This document shows positions 13,480 through 26,249 of a DNA stretch of 30,062 nucleotides, one piece after another. Location: contig BCKQ01000014.1 in assembly GCA_001600695.1 (NCBI GenBank), positions 359,555 to 389,616 on the forward strand. The letters run 5' to 3'. Numbering within the stretch: the stretch's first letter is position 1; each line of letters begins with the position of its first letter. The translations under genes and the position numbers were made by a program. Source of the DNA: Ascoidea asiatica JCM 7603 (lineage: Eukaryota; Fungi; Ascomycota). The notes below the pieces were generated by a model that was not told the origin of the DNA, did no database searches, and worked only from the letters and a program-made list of their open reading frames with translations.

Positions 13480-15010
13480 ATGCTAGACGAATCCGATAGT
13501 TTTTGCATTGGTATATTTAATTTTCACACTCAAATAAGTAAAACAAACACTACGAATGACGCCCTTTATAGGCCCATCAAGTCGGACAATAAGAAAAGGC
13601 GGATTGCAAAGCCAATCGCGTGAACTTAGAGTCCTGGTTTAATTCAAATAATACAAGTAGATTAACCTTTAAAACTGCATACCGTGTTAGAAAAACTAAA
13701 AAATTGCGTGCCGTTAATTGCCCTGAAGAGGTCAAACTATTTGTCTTTGACTGAAATGTTGTAGTTGTCCAAGCTGCTAGGCATAACCACACTTTATCTG
13801 CGAGTGACAGTTATAAACAGTTAGCTCATATTGGGGATATTGTTCCTAGGCAATTTGCCCACACTTACTCAGAGGTTGCCAATGGACAAGCCTTACCAAA
13901 TATTGCTGGCAGCCTGTATGCTAGCATGGGATTTCCGTAGATGCTAACCACACCGTGCGCAATACTACCAATACTGTGCACCATCCAATGTTCTTGAACC
14001 AGTGGCGTTAAATGTTTCTGAAGATGCTCAAAATTCATGCGCTCTACTACAGGAACGATAAGCTAAGGCGTAGTAGAAAAATGTATGCTTTTTTGGGTTA
14101 CCTTACTTTGTTGGTGCCTCAGTTGAAGCACCACTATGGTTCATGGAGTGAAGCCATGGTACTAACATTCACAAATATATTTTAGTTACACTGGCTTTCA
14201 TATGAGCATTTCTACTGCGCATATTGTTATGAAAACCGAAAGTCCTGCCATTGCAGTTACTACGAGCCGCTATAGGGCTCCCTTGCTGCCGAGCTATATA
14301 ATTGTGGATAACTGTGCACCCGAAATGCTAGGAACCGGAAACCTTAATAATACAATTGCAACTTTTGTTTGCCAATGGCACGTGTTTCAGTACTGGCAAA
14401 GGAAAAAATTACCGTATGCGGTAGGTACCATTTATATTAACTTAAGAAGTGCTATGTACGCTCAAACATTGAATGAAGCTTATGCCTATATTGATGTAGC
14501 TTCTTTCGTTGGCACATCGATTGGATGAGGAGCTATAGTTAACTATACTCAAAGGCAAAGAACTGAAATTGGGCTTTCGTACACGCCAAACAGCAGGTTC
14601 AGTCCAACGATACTGCAATCCACTTCCACACAAATATGAGAAGGTTTACACTCAAAGATTAAAAGTACCAGAGGTGCAGCCATGAAGAACACCAATTTGG
14701 TTGTTACTATCGTAAGTAAAATAAAACTCTTGTACCAAATAATTTTTCGGAAGCAGCTTCGCGCTGCCAATGCCGAACAGTACAAACAACTTTAGGCAAT
14801 TGCGGAGCTTCCCGATATCTCCCTTTTTCTGTTTGTTTTCCAAAAGTTTAATCGGATCTGAAGTACTGAAGCCTTAGGCGAACATTCATGCAATTCCGGA
14901 ATATCAGTTTGTTGCTAGTGCAACAGGTGGTTGGTGTTGGGCCCGGTTTTTTAAGAATTTTCGTTAACCATGCACACACATATTTTATGCAAAGTCTCTT
15001 GTTGCAAATT
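13480..15010 (+). mobile_element. Mutator/MULE (MuDR-like) DDE transposase pseudogene with FAR1/WRKY-like zinc finger and SWIM domain
   Basis: Motifs in order: KKLRAVNCP..VVVVQAARHNH (13700-13790); LWFME*SHGTNIHKYILVTL (degenerate DxTHGTN, ~14134-14195); YIIVDNCAPE..FVCQWHVFQYWQRK (second D and CxxH); WAFVH..HTNM/EGLHSKIK (catalytic E, 14640); WCx..F....PCTHIFYA (SWIM, ~14930-14990). Multiple stops and frameshifts. Confidence 0.88.
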
Positions 15011-15573
15011 TTGCTATCAATTTTGTTGGGTTTTTTGAATTATTGGATCGCCGTGGGATGAACCCGTATAGCCTGATAAATAGATACGACAGCAGCGTGT
15101 ATTTGCAACCAATGAGCTATCGCGTTAGGATACGGTTACGCTTGATTTCCGCGCAACATTAGAAGGTTTTTGCCAAACTTTCGAAAATTCGGTAAGCCGC
15201 CAACAATGAACTGTAGTTTAGCTTTGCTGCAGTAAATCCAGGAAGTAAAGCAAAGACACGATAATTTATAATGGCTATATATTGTTTATGTTTCGCACCT
15301 TTTTTTTCGTCAAATTTTACTTTATATATATGCTCCAAAATAATAGTGTGCCAAAAATAAATTCTATTCCAAGGATTATCAATATAGGAATAAAAAGATT
15401 TGTAAAGGCTCATCCCAATTCTATTAAAATATTTGAAGAAATAAATCTTAAATATAGAGCATTGCCTAATATTACATTTGATATAAATCAATTGTACAAG
15501 AATAAAAATCAATAATATAAAAAAAGGAGATTCCTTATGTATGCTCGACCATACTTCCACTGAGTAGTTAAGA

Positions 15574-15783
15574 GCAAATGGCCTCCAAATATTTAGTATG
15601 TAAAATCAAAGAAAAAATTGCCGTTCTGAAAAACCAAAAAGTAACGCCATTTCTGTCGACGGTCATTTTTGGTCCATCCGAGAGGCCGTCATTTGGCGTT
15701 TCCGTGCTTTTCAGATATACGGGGGACCGTCAATCGCTGTTTGCGTACAATTTTTGACATTATATAAGAAGGGCAAATGGCCT
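15574..15783. mobile_element. Degenerate foldback MITE-like element (~188 bp) between 11-bp direct repeats GCAAATGGCCT
   Basis: Direct repeats at 15574-15584 and 15773-15783. The interior is an imperfect palindrome: left-arm ATTGCCGTTC, TCTGAAAAAC, AACGCCA, GACGGTC match right-arm revcomp ATTGACGGTC, TCTGAAAAGC, AACGCCA, GACGGCC. Confidence 0.5.
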
Positions 15784-15837
15784 TGTTAGGTTTTCCGGTT
15801 GTGACATTTAGCGTCACCTTTGTTTTTAATCCTGCAT

Positions 15838-16738
15838 TTAATATAATACGAATTTGGAATGGTTAGTCATTTGATACCGGTAGTTGGACCCTTCGTCGGG
15901 GAATTGAATGATGAGTGCAGTTTCGGCAAATACCATCTCCCCATAGAAAACTATACAGCCTCTTGTCCCATAGATATTTGACCAATCTAGCATGGTTGGA
16001 CATGATTCAGGTGGTTCATTTGCGGAAAGTCTGATGTATATTAAGACAATTCTTATTTACAATGCAATTTTTATCCGTATAAATATATATAATCCCCGTA
16101 GATTTTGAGGCCCTTGCCCTATTTCCCCAAGCCAACCAAGGCGCACAGATAAATGTTGGTAGACAGTACCCAACTTTATACCAATATGAGAACGATCTGT
16201 AATATCATATTTTTCGTTGAAGCAATAATGTACTAAATGCTTGTTGTTAAAAATGAAGAGTTCATATTGAAGTATCTATTTAGAGTAATGAAAAGATTAT
16301 ATATTTATTAAATAAGATTATTAACTACGTAGTAACTACAACGTTTTTGTAAACAGTAAATAAATGGGGTTGAGTTTAATTTAATACTAGGCCTTGTCAT
16401 TACCGCAATAGCATACCTTTTTTGTTCCGTGTGATTCTACATTATTTGCCTTTGCCAAAACACTTCCCTAACATTTTGAAGGAGCACTATTCCGTATTAG
16501 TCTCTTACTTATTTCCTATTGCCGAATATGATTTTATAATATTGATCTAAAATCGTTTTCATATAACTAGCAGATGGATTTTATTTTGGGCCAAGAGAGC
16601 AGTTCAACCACAATTTTAGAATCTTTTGTGGTGGATCTAAATATCCTAAGAGTTTCGTAGTAACACTTTTACTAGGTTTTTTGGGTATTGTTTTCAAAAG
16701 AATTGTGGAACTGCAAAGTCAGAAGAAAATCTAAACAT
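15838..16738 (-). pseudogene. Decayed spliced gene, unknown, divergent from the recombinase-helicase gene
   Basis: A putative GTATGC..AAATAG intron (~16277-16416) is followed by ~145 codons with a single internal stop (ILQYELFIFNNKHLVHYCF..LGWLGEIG..LDWSNIYGTRGCIVFYGE..). Confidence 0.4.
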
Positions 16739-16934
16739 GTTAAAAAAAGACTACAGCATTTAACCTCTAATATATTCTCAAATAACTACATTAATCAGCA
16801 AACAAAATCCTTTGGCAACTGCTTGTCAAACATGTTTACAAAACCGCGCTGAATCGTTTTTCAGTAATGAATTTTATTATTAATTCCCGGAAATATTTTT
16901 TAGCAAGATACTTAGTATCTGAACAGCTTTATAT

Positions 16935-17075
16935 TTCACAAAAACCTGTCTTAACCGCAACCTGAAAACAATTTTTTTTGCGGTTATCATAAGTGGCTTA
17001 ACTATGTAAAACCTTTCTTGACTGGCCAAATTTTAATCTTTCATGTCAAAAATCCGGTAACAACTGTTTCCGTTT
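16935..17075 (+). repeat. GGTTA-box site, copy A
   Basis: TAACCGCAA (16952) - 17 nt - TTGCGGTTA (16978); degenerate third box ATCCGGTAA at +100 (17052). Confidence 0.75.
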
Positions 17076-17515
17076 TGGGGCCGCAGTTTTTTGGGTCGTC
17101 CCGATGTTACTAAGGTTCCGGTCCATTTATTTGCCGGTTAGTCTCAATGTACGTCACGTGGCTTGGATATGTGTTTTTGTGTAAAAGGTGAGTTTTAACA
17201 GATTGCTATTTACATTAGTAGGTGCCTCTCTGATAATTCCTTTCTCTTGATTCACAGCCTCAGATTTTATTTTTCTACTGAAGTAGCAGAAACTATTGCT
17301 ATTCCGTGTGTGGTAAGCAGTTCATTACACGGTTTTTGGAAGCGGATGTCTGCTATATTTCGCTTTGTTTACATCGTATTACTTTCTATGTCTATTGATT
17401 CTTTCCGAACCTTAGTTAGTAATCCGTTATTCTCGTTGATTTCTTTAACTAAAATGCTGGAATTCTGTCAAGATTATTTCCCGCCTTCATTATCTAATTT
17501 AGTTTAGTTATTTCA

Positions 17516-20500
17516 ATGAATAATTTTAATCTTTACTTCAAACCGACCGGTAACTAGCTTGTCGATTAGGTCAAAAAAAACTGATTAATTCTCGAACAGC
17601 AAATGTTTTGAAGAATGTTATATCTCTTTAAAAAGTAAAAAAGAAACGCCAAATATATGCACTTCTAGAGAAGGCTGCCAAAGTTTAGAATGGGTTGTAG
17701 TTATTCTATCAAACATTAGCACCTTTACAATTGCTTAAAGAGCCCATTGAAGGGGTTAACTAGGATAATAACTCAATTTTTTTGTGTTCTCATTGTCATT
17801 ATGTCCACCGCTCAAAAGCAAAAGTCTTCAGTCCTATTTCCAATAGTTATGAGACTAAAAACTCTTCACCAGTACAAGCGGGTTCGTACTCGCTCAGGGT
17901 AAATGGCTGCAAAAAAATTGTTTCTTGTTTTTAAGGAAGAAGACTCTAGAAACACATCGTTAAATGATGCCTCATGTTTTTCGGAACGGTAGCTTTAGAC
18001 TACAGATTAAATGATACTCATTTGCATCCATGTGGCTACTCTCTTTTGAGGTCTTTTAGAAAAAGTGGAGAAGCTAATGATGTTAATGAGATTAATTATG
18101 ACTACACTAACCTAAAACTTAACATGAATAAGATTTTCGGCATGGTACTTGTCCAACTGTTTGGTTATCCGAAAATATTCTCAAAAGCACCGAAGGATTG
18201 TTACATTTGTGCTTCCAGTGCTGAAAGTCATTCTATTTATGCTGGGTATGCTACGAAATTTATAGTTTCTCCTTGTTTGGCTTGCAAAATGACAGCAAAT
18301 ACCTCAATTAATACAAAAAACCTAAGGCAAATTATTTTTCAAAGATATAACGTGCCCATTGCAGCTCTCCATAATGCAATTTCTGGTTTAATTTAAAGGT
18401 TCTTTACTACTCCCTATTCCCTTTCAAATTCCAATGCTTTAACCGCCTCTTTTGCAAGCTCGTGGGAAAGCAAACTCAACCAAACCTCCAACTCCTCAGC
18501 AAGATCCCATTATTTTGACGCTATCACTTTTCTTGTTAAGCTTTGCTTTTGTCATAAATTTTTACTTAACAATTTAGACCCACAAGGCCTTCCTTGAGTA
18601 CAAAATTAGATTTGGACCATCGTATTTTGACCACAAAAACATTATTTAATCAATTATTTAGATTGAAAAACAACAATTTTAAGATATCAAACTGTGTTAC
18701 CAAAGTTTCGTGGGATATTTTAGACCAATATGGTAAGAAAGTATCCATTAGTAGCCATGTAATAACAATGGATTAAGTTAAAAGCATTCCTGAGTTTTAT
18801 CGAAAAAATATAAGCAGAGAATTAGAAGTATTTCATTAGACTTGGGCGTTAATATCAAATCTGTTCATTATTGTTGTAACTTATGGCAGCCCTCTATAAT
18901 TCGTAATAGTTCCGATGCCAATGCGGTTACAAATATTTTTTCACAAAAGGTAGTTCTCGATAGATTTTTAGAATCTGAAACATATATGACATTACAGATG
19001 AAACACAGATTGGAAATCCCAAACTTGATTAGAAACCTGCAACGGTCGTTATTCAGAATTTCATCTCCATTACTGGGAATGTTGAAGTTTGGAGTGTGTC
19101 CGCCTTACAGAATGTCAGAATTATCTACAATTAAATTGACGAATTTGAACTCTGGAGATGGACCTAGGAATATTTTTGTCCGTGGCGACCAGAAGATTCA
19201 GTTGAATATTAAGTATACAAAAAATACAAGCAGCAACCAATCTGTATTAGAATGTTAGTAAGTTCTTGCCAGTCTCATTATCCAAATTTTTTTTGCCATT
19301 TTCTTTTTCAGGTAATTCCGTTACTGAACATTTTGCAGGATACACTGGAAAGCTTTCATTTGGTTAATATTTTTTAAACACATCCACTTCTGCCACTGGT
19401 TTACCCAATAGCGAGGTTATCTCAAAGATTGCTTCTTTATTGCCGAGGCAGCGCCTATAGGGGTGTCAGACATACAGATAATTGAAAATATGGCTGTGGA
19501 AGGTAGAGTTCGAAATGATAACACACATGATGCTGTTCAATTACAACCGCAGCTCCATGAATCGACTGATGGCGAAGCATCCTCAGCTGATGATATTGTG
19601 TTAATTATTTCCACCACGGCTCGTTACTTATCGACATGTCTAATGTAGCACCTCCTGAAACAGGCTCGGAAAAAGCACCATATTTATCTAATGAATTAGA
19701 AGCATGTTCTCAACATGCTAAGATATATCTTTTCTGTAATGTACATGGTCAAATACCTTCAAAAAAGTTGTCCCATGGCTTACACAATATATATAAAACG
19801 TCATTAAGAAAGCCTCTCACTCCCAGAATATGTCGTCAAGCACTCTGCCTTTTTTCGAGACTTCTTTTGTCTTCCTTAATAAAATCAGATATACTTTCTA
19901 TGCAACTTGCCCTAGCGGCGGCATATCATAATTCAAACGCAGCTGATTTTAACTACTCTATGTCATCTGCAGCTGAGAGAGATAGTGGGTTCTCCAACAA
20001 TCACTTGTATCAACATTTGAGCAATAGTTGGCACAAAATCTTGAACTTAAACTCCAACGCTGTTAAGGCGAAAATTTCTTAATCCACTATGCGCGCCATA
20101 GCTAGATTAGATATTAATCAGGCTACGGCATCCATTTACGGTTCTAAATTTCCCACTCCGATGTTTTTCCTGAAATCTCAATTACTCAAAGCTGCTTGAC
20201 AAATTTGTCATTCGTTACTGTGATGTCCACGGGGGTTGGAAAATATATGATATACATCAATCCACTATTATTAGAAAAATAATTGAATGAGTTTTGTAAA
20301 ATAATTTTGTTGTTCCATTCTATGTTTTTCTCAGTGTTACATTACTAAGCCTTCAAAAAGTAGGGATTAAATAGCTGTCGTGTAATAAGAATAACACTGA
20401 AAACGATCTACTGCGTTGCGACAGGATAGTTGTCTCTGTGGAAGCTCTTTATCTTACCCAGTTTTAAAACTTATTTTTCTCACTTAAAGAGGCCTTCTCT

Positions 20501-21926
20501 TGAACGCCTCTTAGAAGAGTGGTTTTTGATCAGATTCATATTCTTTCTACTCAAGGGAGCTTTAGGGAAACCATTGATCTTATACATACAATTTCCTCAC
20601 CCTCGTTGCTTCATCAAGCAGTTGGATAAACAGCAACTTTACCAGCTAATAATGTAGATAAGGCGAACCCGACCTTGCATATCAACATGGATATCTTCTA
20701 TTCTAAAAATCTAATTAATAACAATATTTTATTCGCTTATTTGCAAACGAGAAACCTATCGATTAATAACATGGTAAGGGGTTTCAATTTCCATAAAGAC
20801 GCCACAGCAATCATTTATGTAAAAACATTGCAGGATGTAGAAGATGCACACTCGAAGTTGATAGGATGTGGTGATGTTTCGTTAAAATCCACTGGAAGAT
20901 ACTCGCTGTATTATAAAGTGAAACGCCTAAACATTGTTGGTCTAACGATAACGCGATTATGACTGCTGCTGAAGGATTTTTTCATGGAGTTGATTATCCC
21001 AAGGTTAAATATTTGGTGCTTTGTAACTTAGTTGGGAATTTCATAGATTTTATTCAAGGGTCTGGAAGGGTAGGGCGATGTAAGAATTTCCATGGCCATT
21101 CATTGCTATTAAATAATACCTGCTACCGATTTGAGCAGGAGCACAATATAGATGTTATTCTGGTTAAAGGGTGCAATGAAATATTGAACAATACAAAAAG
21201 TATCTTTTCTCTGTTGGGGGGGGGGTTATTTGGCTCCGAAACCTTTAAATACAGAGTCTAGCTTGCGGGATTGTGCGTTAGGTAAAAGGTATTTTGGAAC
21301 GAACTTCCCAGTAGGATAACTGAAGTTGGTAATAATAATAAGATCTCCGTTCCATTAAACAACAAAAGTCGAGTTAACGAAAAGCATATTTCATCTAAAT
21401 AAATACAGGTAGTGGATGTGAGTGCTTTTTACAATAGTATGACGCACATGTTCGGTCCGTAAAATGACGGGTTTATGGGTTTGATATCCCAGAGCCGCGT
21501 CAAAACTTGAACTGATTTTATCAACAACATCACTCAACTAACTTATACAAAGACTTTGAATTTTGTCTCCATCACATGGATAATTCTTTACGTGGTTCAG
21601 CATGCAGTGAAGAAGAGAAATGTTGTTCATCCTGTTTGTTTTCGCAGAACTTCATATCGTTTCAGTCCGACTCCAATAATAAATTTCCTTTAAAAACACA
21701 TCACTTTGACCATTCCGAAAAATATTGTAGAAGTGGGAGACAGATTACGGATATGGTAATTGTTTTGAAACTTTTTATTGAACACTGGAATTCTAGCTTA
21801 ATGGAAAAGCAAGATGGGTATTTTGATATTCTAAAGATTGATATCAAATATACATGTATGTTTGAAGTAGCTACTGAACTAGTCGAAAATCAATCTAATA
21901 GTCAATCCATCCAATTTTATTCTTAG
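17516..21926 (+). pseudogene. Telomere-linked helicase (TLH)-like gene: N-terminal Zn finger, tyrosine-recombinase-like domain, RecQ-family helicase, Cys-rich C-terminus
   Basis: ATG 17516 with a putative intron 17550-17599; PIEGV..FLCSHCHYVHRS (DUF3505-like). Recombinase-like region: PPYRMSELSTIKLTN..RNIFV..YTK..KFLP, TPRICRQ, AYHNSNAADFNY, SNSWHKIL. Helicase motifs: I VMSTGVGK (~20220), Ia FVVP, II RVVFDQIH (20528), IV AIIYVKT, V GVDYPKV, VI QGSGRVGR. CCSSC cluster at ~21620. Many stops and frameshifts. Confidence 0.88.
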
Positions 21927-22961
21927 TCTGATTGCTAAGACTTCTATTTTTTCAAATTTCAAAACAGATGTTACTGACTAATTTGTCTCACAATTGTATG
22001 ACAGCAAGTGCGATGTGCATAAGCTATTGATTGAAGAACCCCGGAAACTTAAAAGCTATCAAGGAGATCACGAGCATAGACCATTGCTGTTAGCAGATGT
22101 AATTGTAGCTGTTTCTTTATTTTTGATTTCTATATACTTTAGGGATTTAAATTAGTTAAAGAAAAGTTTAAAAAATAATCCTATTAGCCCCTCTTATAGG
22201 TGTTGTTCATTTTTTCCTTTTGGCAAATATTATTTACCGTACTCAAGCATACTCAGTCATCAGCAAAACATTTGTAGCTTTAATTAAATATGACCTTTAA
22301 TCGATAATTAGCCGACATAATATCTTCTAGCTTTTAAAAAAGTATTTTCCTAATATTTTTTTAACAATACGAATCCATCATTGCTGAATCTGTATTATTT
22401 TTTTTTTCGATTTTTCTGGCCCATTTCCTATTATTTGCATAACGTAATATTTACAAAGCAAAAACGGGGGTTCAAACGTCGTTTGCCCCCTCGAGAGTTA
22501 ATGAATTAGACTACCAACGGACATTTATAGTAAACTATGCTGAATGGGAATCAAAATACATTGATATGTAATATTGTTGACACTCCTGTATACCGTATAT
22601 GGCACATGCACAACCGCTTCTAATAAATACAATCAGTTGAATAAAGAGATGACATGATTACCCGAAATATTTACCAATGTAATGTAAAGCAGGTTACATT
22701 CAAGATAGTTTATGATAATGTGAAATAGCTTAATTCCAGAAGTGGAGGAAAAAATTACTATCTTGAGTAGTAAACTAAAATTAGATAGCTAAAGTAGGTA
22801 AACCAAATCAGTAACGCACATGATTTTATCGGAAAACAAATAAAAACCGTGAATTTCATAAAACGATAAGTTAAATGCAAACAAAAAAAAAGTTTCAATA
22901 TTTTCATTTGTAAGGAACATCTCAGTAATCTCTGTTCTTATTTGCATTTTGCTTACTAACG

Positions 22962-23130
22962 TACACATAGACCACTCTTAACCGCAATTAAAAAATGGCT
23001 AATTTTTCGATTTCGACCGGTGCCTTAAACATGTGAAACCATTTCAAACCGGAAAAATTTGTTCATTTTCAGGAAATACTGAGGTTAGAACAGGTCTTTC
23101 CGGACAAGCGAGGTGCATAACCTGCATGAT
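22962..23130 (+). repeat. GGTTA-box site, copy B
   Basis: TAACCGCAA (22979); degenerate box TTTCGATTT at +26 followed by GTGCCTTAAACATGTGAAACC, matching copy A; CTGAGGTTAGAACAGGT at +100; GAGGTGCATAACC end. Confidence 0.75.
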
Positions 23131-23829
23131 ATTTCTTGTGAGTGTATTTCTATATCACGGTATATACAGTCAAACGTACTATTGATAATCAGCTTTACGG
23201 CTAATATTTCTATCTGACAACACAAAATTTAGAATCATTGAATTGAAAGTTTATTTATTTGACCACTAAAGGTATATGTTGTTTATTATGTTAATTCCTG
23301 TTTAATTTTTCACTGTTGGTTAAGCTGAAATTTGGGTCCTTGCACATGATAGAAAATTGGCTGTTCCTTACAATTCCAATAAGCAGTCCTCAGTTAAAAG
23401 TGTGAAAAGTAAATATCGAATAAGATAAAGTTCAGCGTCAGGATAGGGGAGAACATAAAACCATTTTGATAGGGGATTCTCCAAACTAAGTAATTTTTAC
23501 ATTAAACAGCACCCGTCCTTACACTGCGACATCAGCTGCATTATAACAAAACATGCATCCTTCGTTTAATTGAGCTTCTTGTAAAAAGTGAGTCCAACTG
23601 TCATTTCGCACTACTATCATAGTCCACACGGCTAGCAAAATCTGGCATGACGGGTAACCTCCCTTGTGGTGTTTTCTTTTTTATCTTCTCTTTTAGTAAT
23701 GTTTTTTGTTACCGTCCCTTGTTTCAAATTTTGTCTATTCTTCCGAAGTTTCCATTTATACACGTCTTCTTCTCTTGTTTTGTAGTTTATTATAAAACAA
23801 TCATCATTTATTTAGAGCCTAGTGTAAAA

Positions 23830-25073
23830 ATGATAATAAATAATCTATTTGAATTTAAATATTGCTTACTTTCGAAAAGATTATTGTGTCAAACACATTG
23901 ATTCTCAAAATATTTATAATGGTGCTGTAAATTGTTCCTGGATTGCAGGTCAATCAAAGCAAACTAAAACTGGAAGTGACATAACCGTGTATAAACAGCA
24001 TATCAATTTTCCTGAAAAATATGCACTTATTATTAATTCAGGCGAAAGACCCTCTGATGAACAAGACCCACTAAGTGATGAGTCTGACAGTACTGTAAAT
24101 ATTGAACCATACTACGTCCAGTACAACGAAGTTGAAGAAGTTACGATACACATAAATTTTGCCAGAAATGCAAGCGAAACTTTGTTAGATCTAGTTTCTC
24201 AGATGGAGATCTTTTGTACTTCTGATTTTAATAGGTCAGCCCACTTGTCCCAAGCAAGCACTTTTCTAACCAGAGTAAGAATGTTATTGCAAGAAATACA
24301 GAGAGAAAACATTGCGATATAAAATGTTCTTATCAACTCCAACTGTCTCACTATTTTCGGACAGATCTCTAATTATATCTGACTAATTTGATAAGGAGTA
24401 TGTAAATTACTTAAATAAATATCGTATTTGTGGCTTGCATTTTTACTATCCTCTCCATGAAACATTTTGGTGGGACTGGATCACTCCTATGGCTTTGTTG
24501 TTTAGGGGGGAAATGCCAGACACAATCAACCATTAAAGGACTACCTTTAGAATTTTTTTCCAGTTTGAAAAAATAATTAATTGTCAGTTTTAAGAAAACT
24601 AAGCTTTCAATTCCCTTCTATAACCATGTAATCCCCCATTTAGGACAATGCCATTCAAATTTCAGGTAATATCCGTCATCTATGGATATAATGCTATCAA
24701 GGCTTATTGTGACGATCCGCTGAATTTGTGAGCTAAATTTACCTCCTGGGCCAAAAGAGCTAATTCTATTACTGTCAATAATAATGAGTTCTTGGAAGAA
24801 ATGAATACCAGGACTGAGTATTTAGCATCTCTTGTGAAAAATACTATTGGTAACTCCAAAATTTATATTACAGACGATAGTTATGACAATATGATTCTGG
24901 CTGGTGCCGCTGAAGTTCCTAGGTATTGCATCAAACACAAGGGGACCCTTTAGCATACTGCCAGGAAAAGGGGAAATAATAACCAAATTCAATGGAAATT
25001 TGCTTCCGCCCCCGCATTTGCCATGGAGAAGCTCCTAGGATTTTTTTCAATGAAAACAGTTTTTCTAATTTAA
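23830..25073 (+). pseudogene. Decayed ~410-codon gene, unknown function
   Basis: AAAATG at 23830. ORF 23849-24322 continues past stops and a frameshift as ..YRICGLHFYYPLHETFWWDWITPMALLFRG..FTSWAKRANS..KLLGFFSMKTVFLI*. Confidence 0.6.
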
Positions 25074-26037
25074 AATCAGCCAGAATGAAACTAAATAGCA
25101 TGTTTCGTAATATTCCTAAACCTTTATTGGTGGTTTCATAGAGAGTACATAAAAAAACACGTATATTATTTTTATTCAGTAACAGGTTAAAAAGATATAG
25201 ATATATAGATATATATATCTATTTTCAATTTTATACAGCATAATGATCTTCCGTTTTCTCAAATCATCTAACTGAACACTCGCACTACATTTATTTACCG
25301 AAAATTAAGATAAAAACTTACTTAAATTCAATACACGAAACACATCGGTGCTATTACGAATTTTCAGTAAGTTCATGTTTGGCTTCCAGTCTAGTTAACT
25401 TTTCGTAAAAAAGTCATTTGCTGTTTACTTGTTTATGTTTTTAACATAGCTCTATCGGCTGAGTTTTGTTTACTAAAGTAGCACACACGTCCTAGCTGCA
25501 TCCTTTATTTTCCAATATAAATTCAATCCATGTAAACGAATTATTTTATTATCAGTGGTCTTTCTTTAAACTAGCAACAGTATTCTGTTCTAACAAAATA
25601 CAATAAATGCTGGGAAAGTTACTTCAAACCTCCCGTGTTTGTGGTTAAAATTCCCCATATTATATTATACTTCAAATATATAGTAAATGAGCAGTGTGGC
25701 AGATTCGTACAACGGGAACTTTAATTGTTACAGATTTAGGTGTTAATGTGCCTTCTGGGCCACATATATTTACATATCCGTTACTTTGGAGTTTGTTGTA
25801 TCAACTTATTCTACTTGGTATATACTACTAATATTTCCTAAACTTGGTATCAGTGTTCTATATATGACCGTTATGAATGTATAGCTTACTATATCCCGAA
25901 TTCTCAATTTTGTAAGCAGTATCCTTACTTGGTGCCTACTACATAACAATACATTAACATTATATATTTATTCCCCTGTTGTGCTAAACCTGATTTGTTT
26001 TTATTATCAGGATTATAATTTCAGCAGTTTGGATAGT

Positions 26038-26205
26038 GTTGCATAAACCAGTCTTAAACGCAACTTCAAATCTCCAAATTTTGCGGTTATGAAGGGTCTG
26101 TTATCAATGTATGAGTCTTTGTATTACGATAAATTCTCGACCCAAAGGCCAGGATTGCGGTTATAAAAGGTTTTTCATACACAGAGGTTGCATAACCCTC
26201 ATGCA
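26038..26205 (+). repeat. GGTTA-box site, copy C
   Basis: TAAACGCAA (26055) - 17 nt - TTGCGGTTA (26081); TTGCGGTTATAAAAGGT at +100 (26155); GAGGTTGCATAACC end. Confidence 0.8.
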
Positions 26206-26249
26206 CATTCAGTTTTTAAGAGTTTCTAGTTGTGGCATTTTGGAGGTCA

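Noticed and set aside
14925-14980. Additional GGTTA-box copy
   Set aside because: The 0/+26 boxes are missing, and the sequence is explained by the SWIM finger codons of the MULE.
13480-25073. Alternative genetic code explaining in-frame stops
   Set aside because: TAA, TAG and TGA all interrupt frames, frameshifts are frequent, and catalytic residues are mutated (DQIH, ME*SHGTN). Decay explains it better.
25192-25222. (AT/AG) microsatellite
   Set aside because: Short simple repeat with no further structure.
25735-25850. Third copy or extension of the 1 kb repeat (GGTGTTAAxGTxCC match to 13258)
   Set aside because: Only patchy AT-rich similarity that cannot be distinguished from chance by eye.
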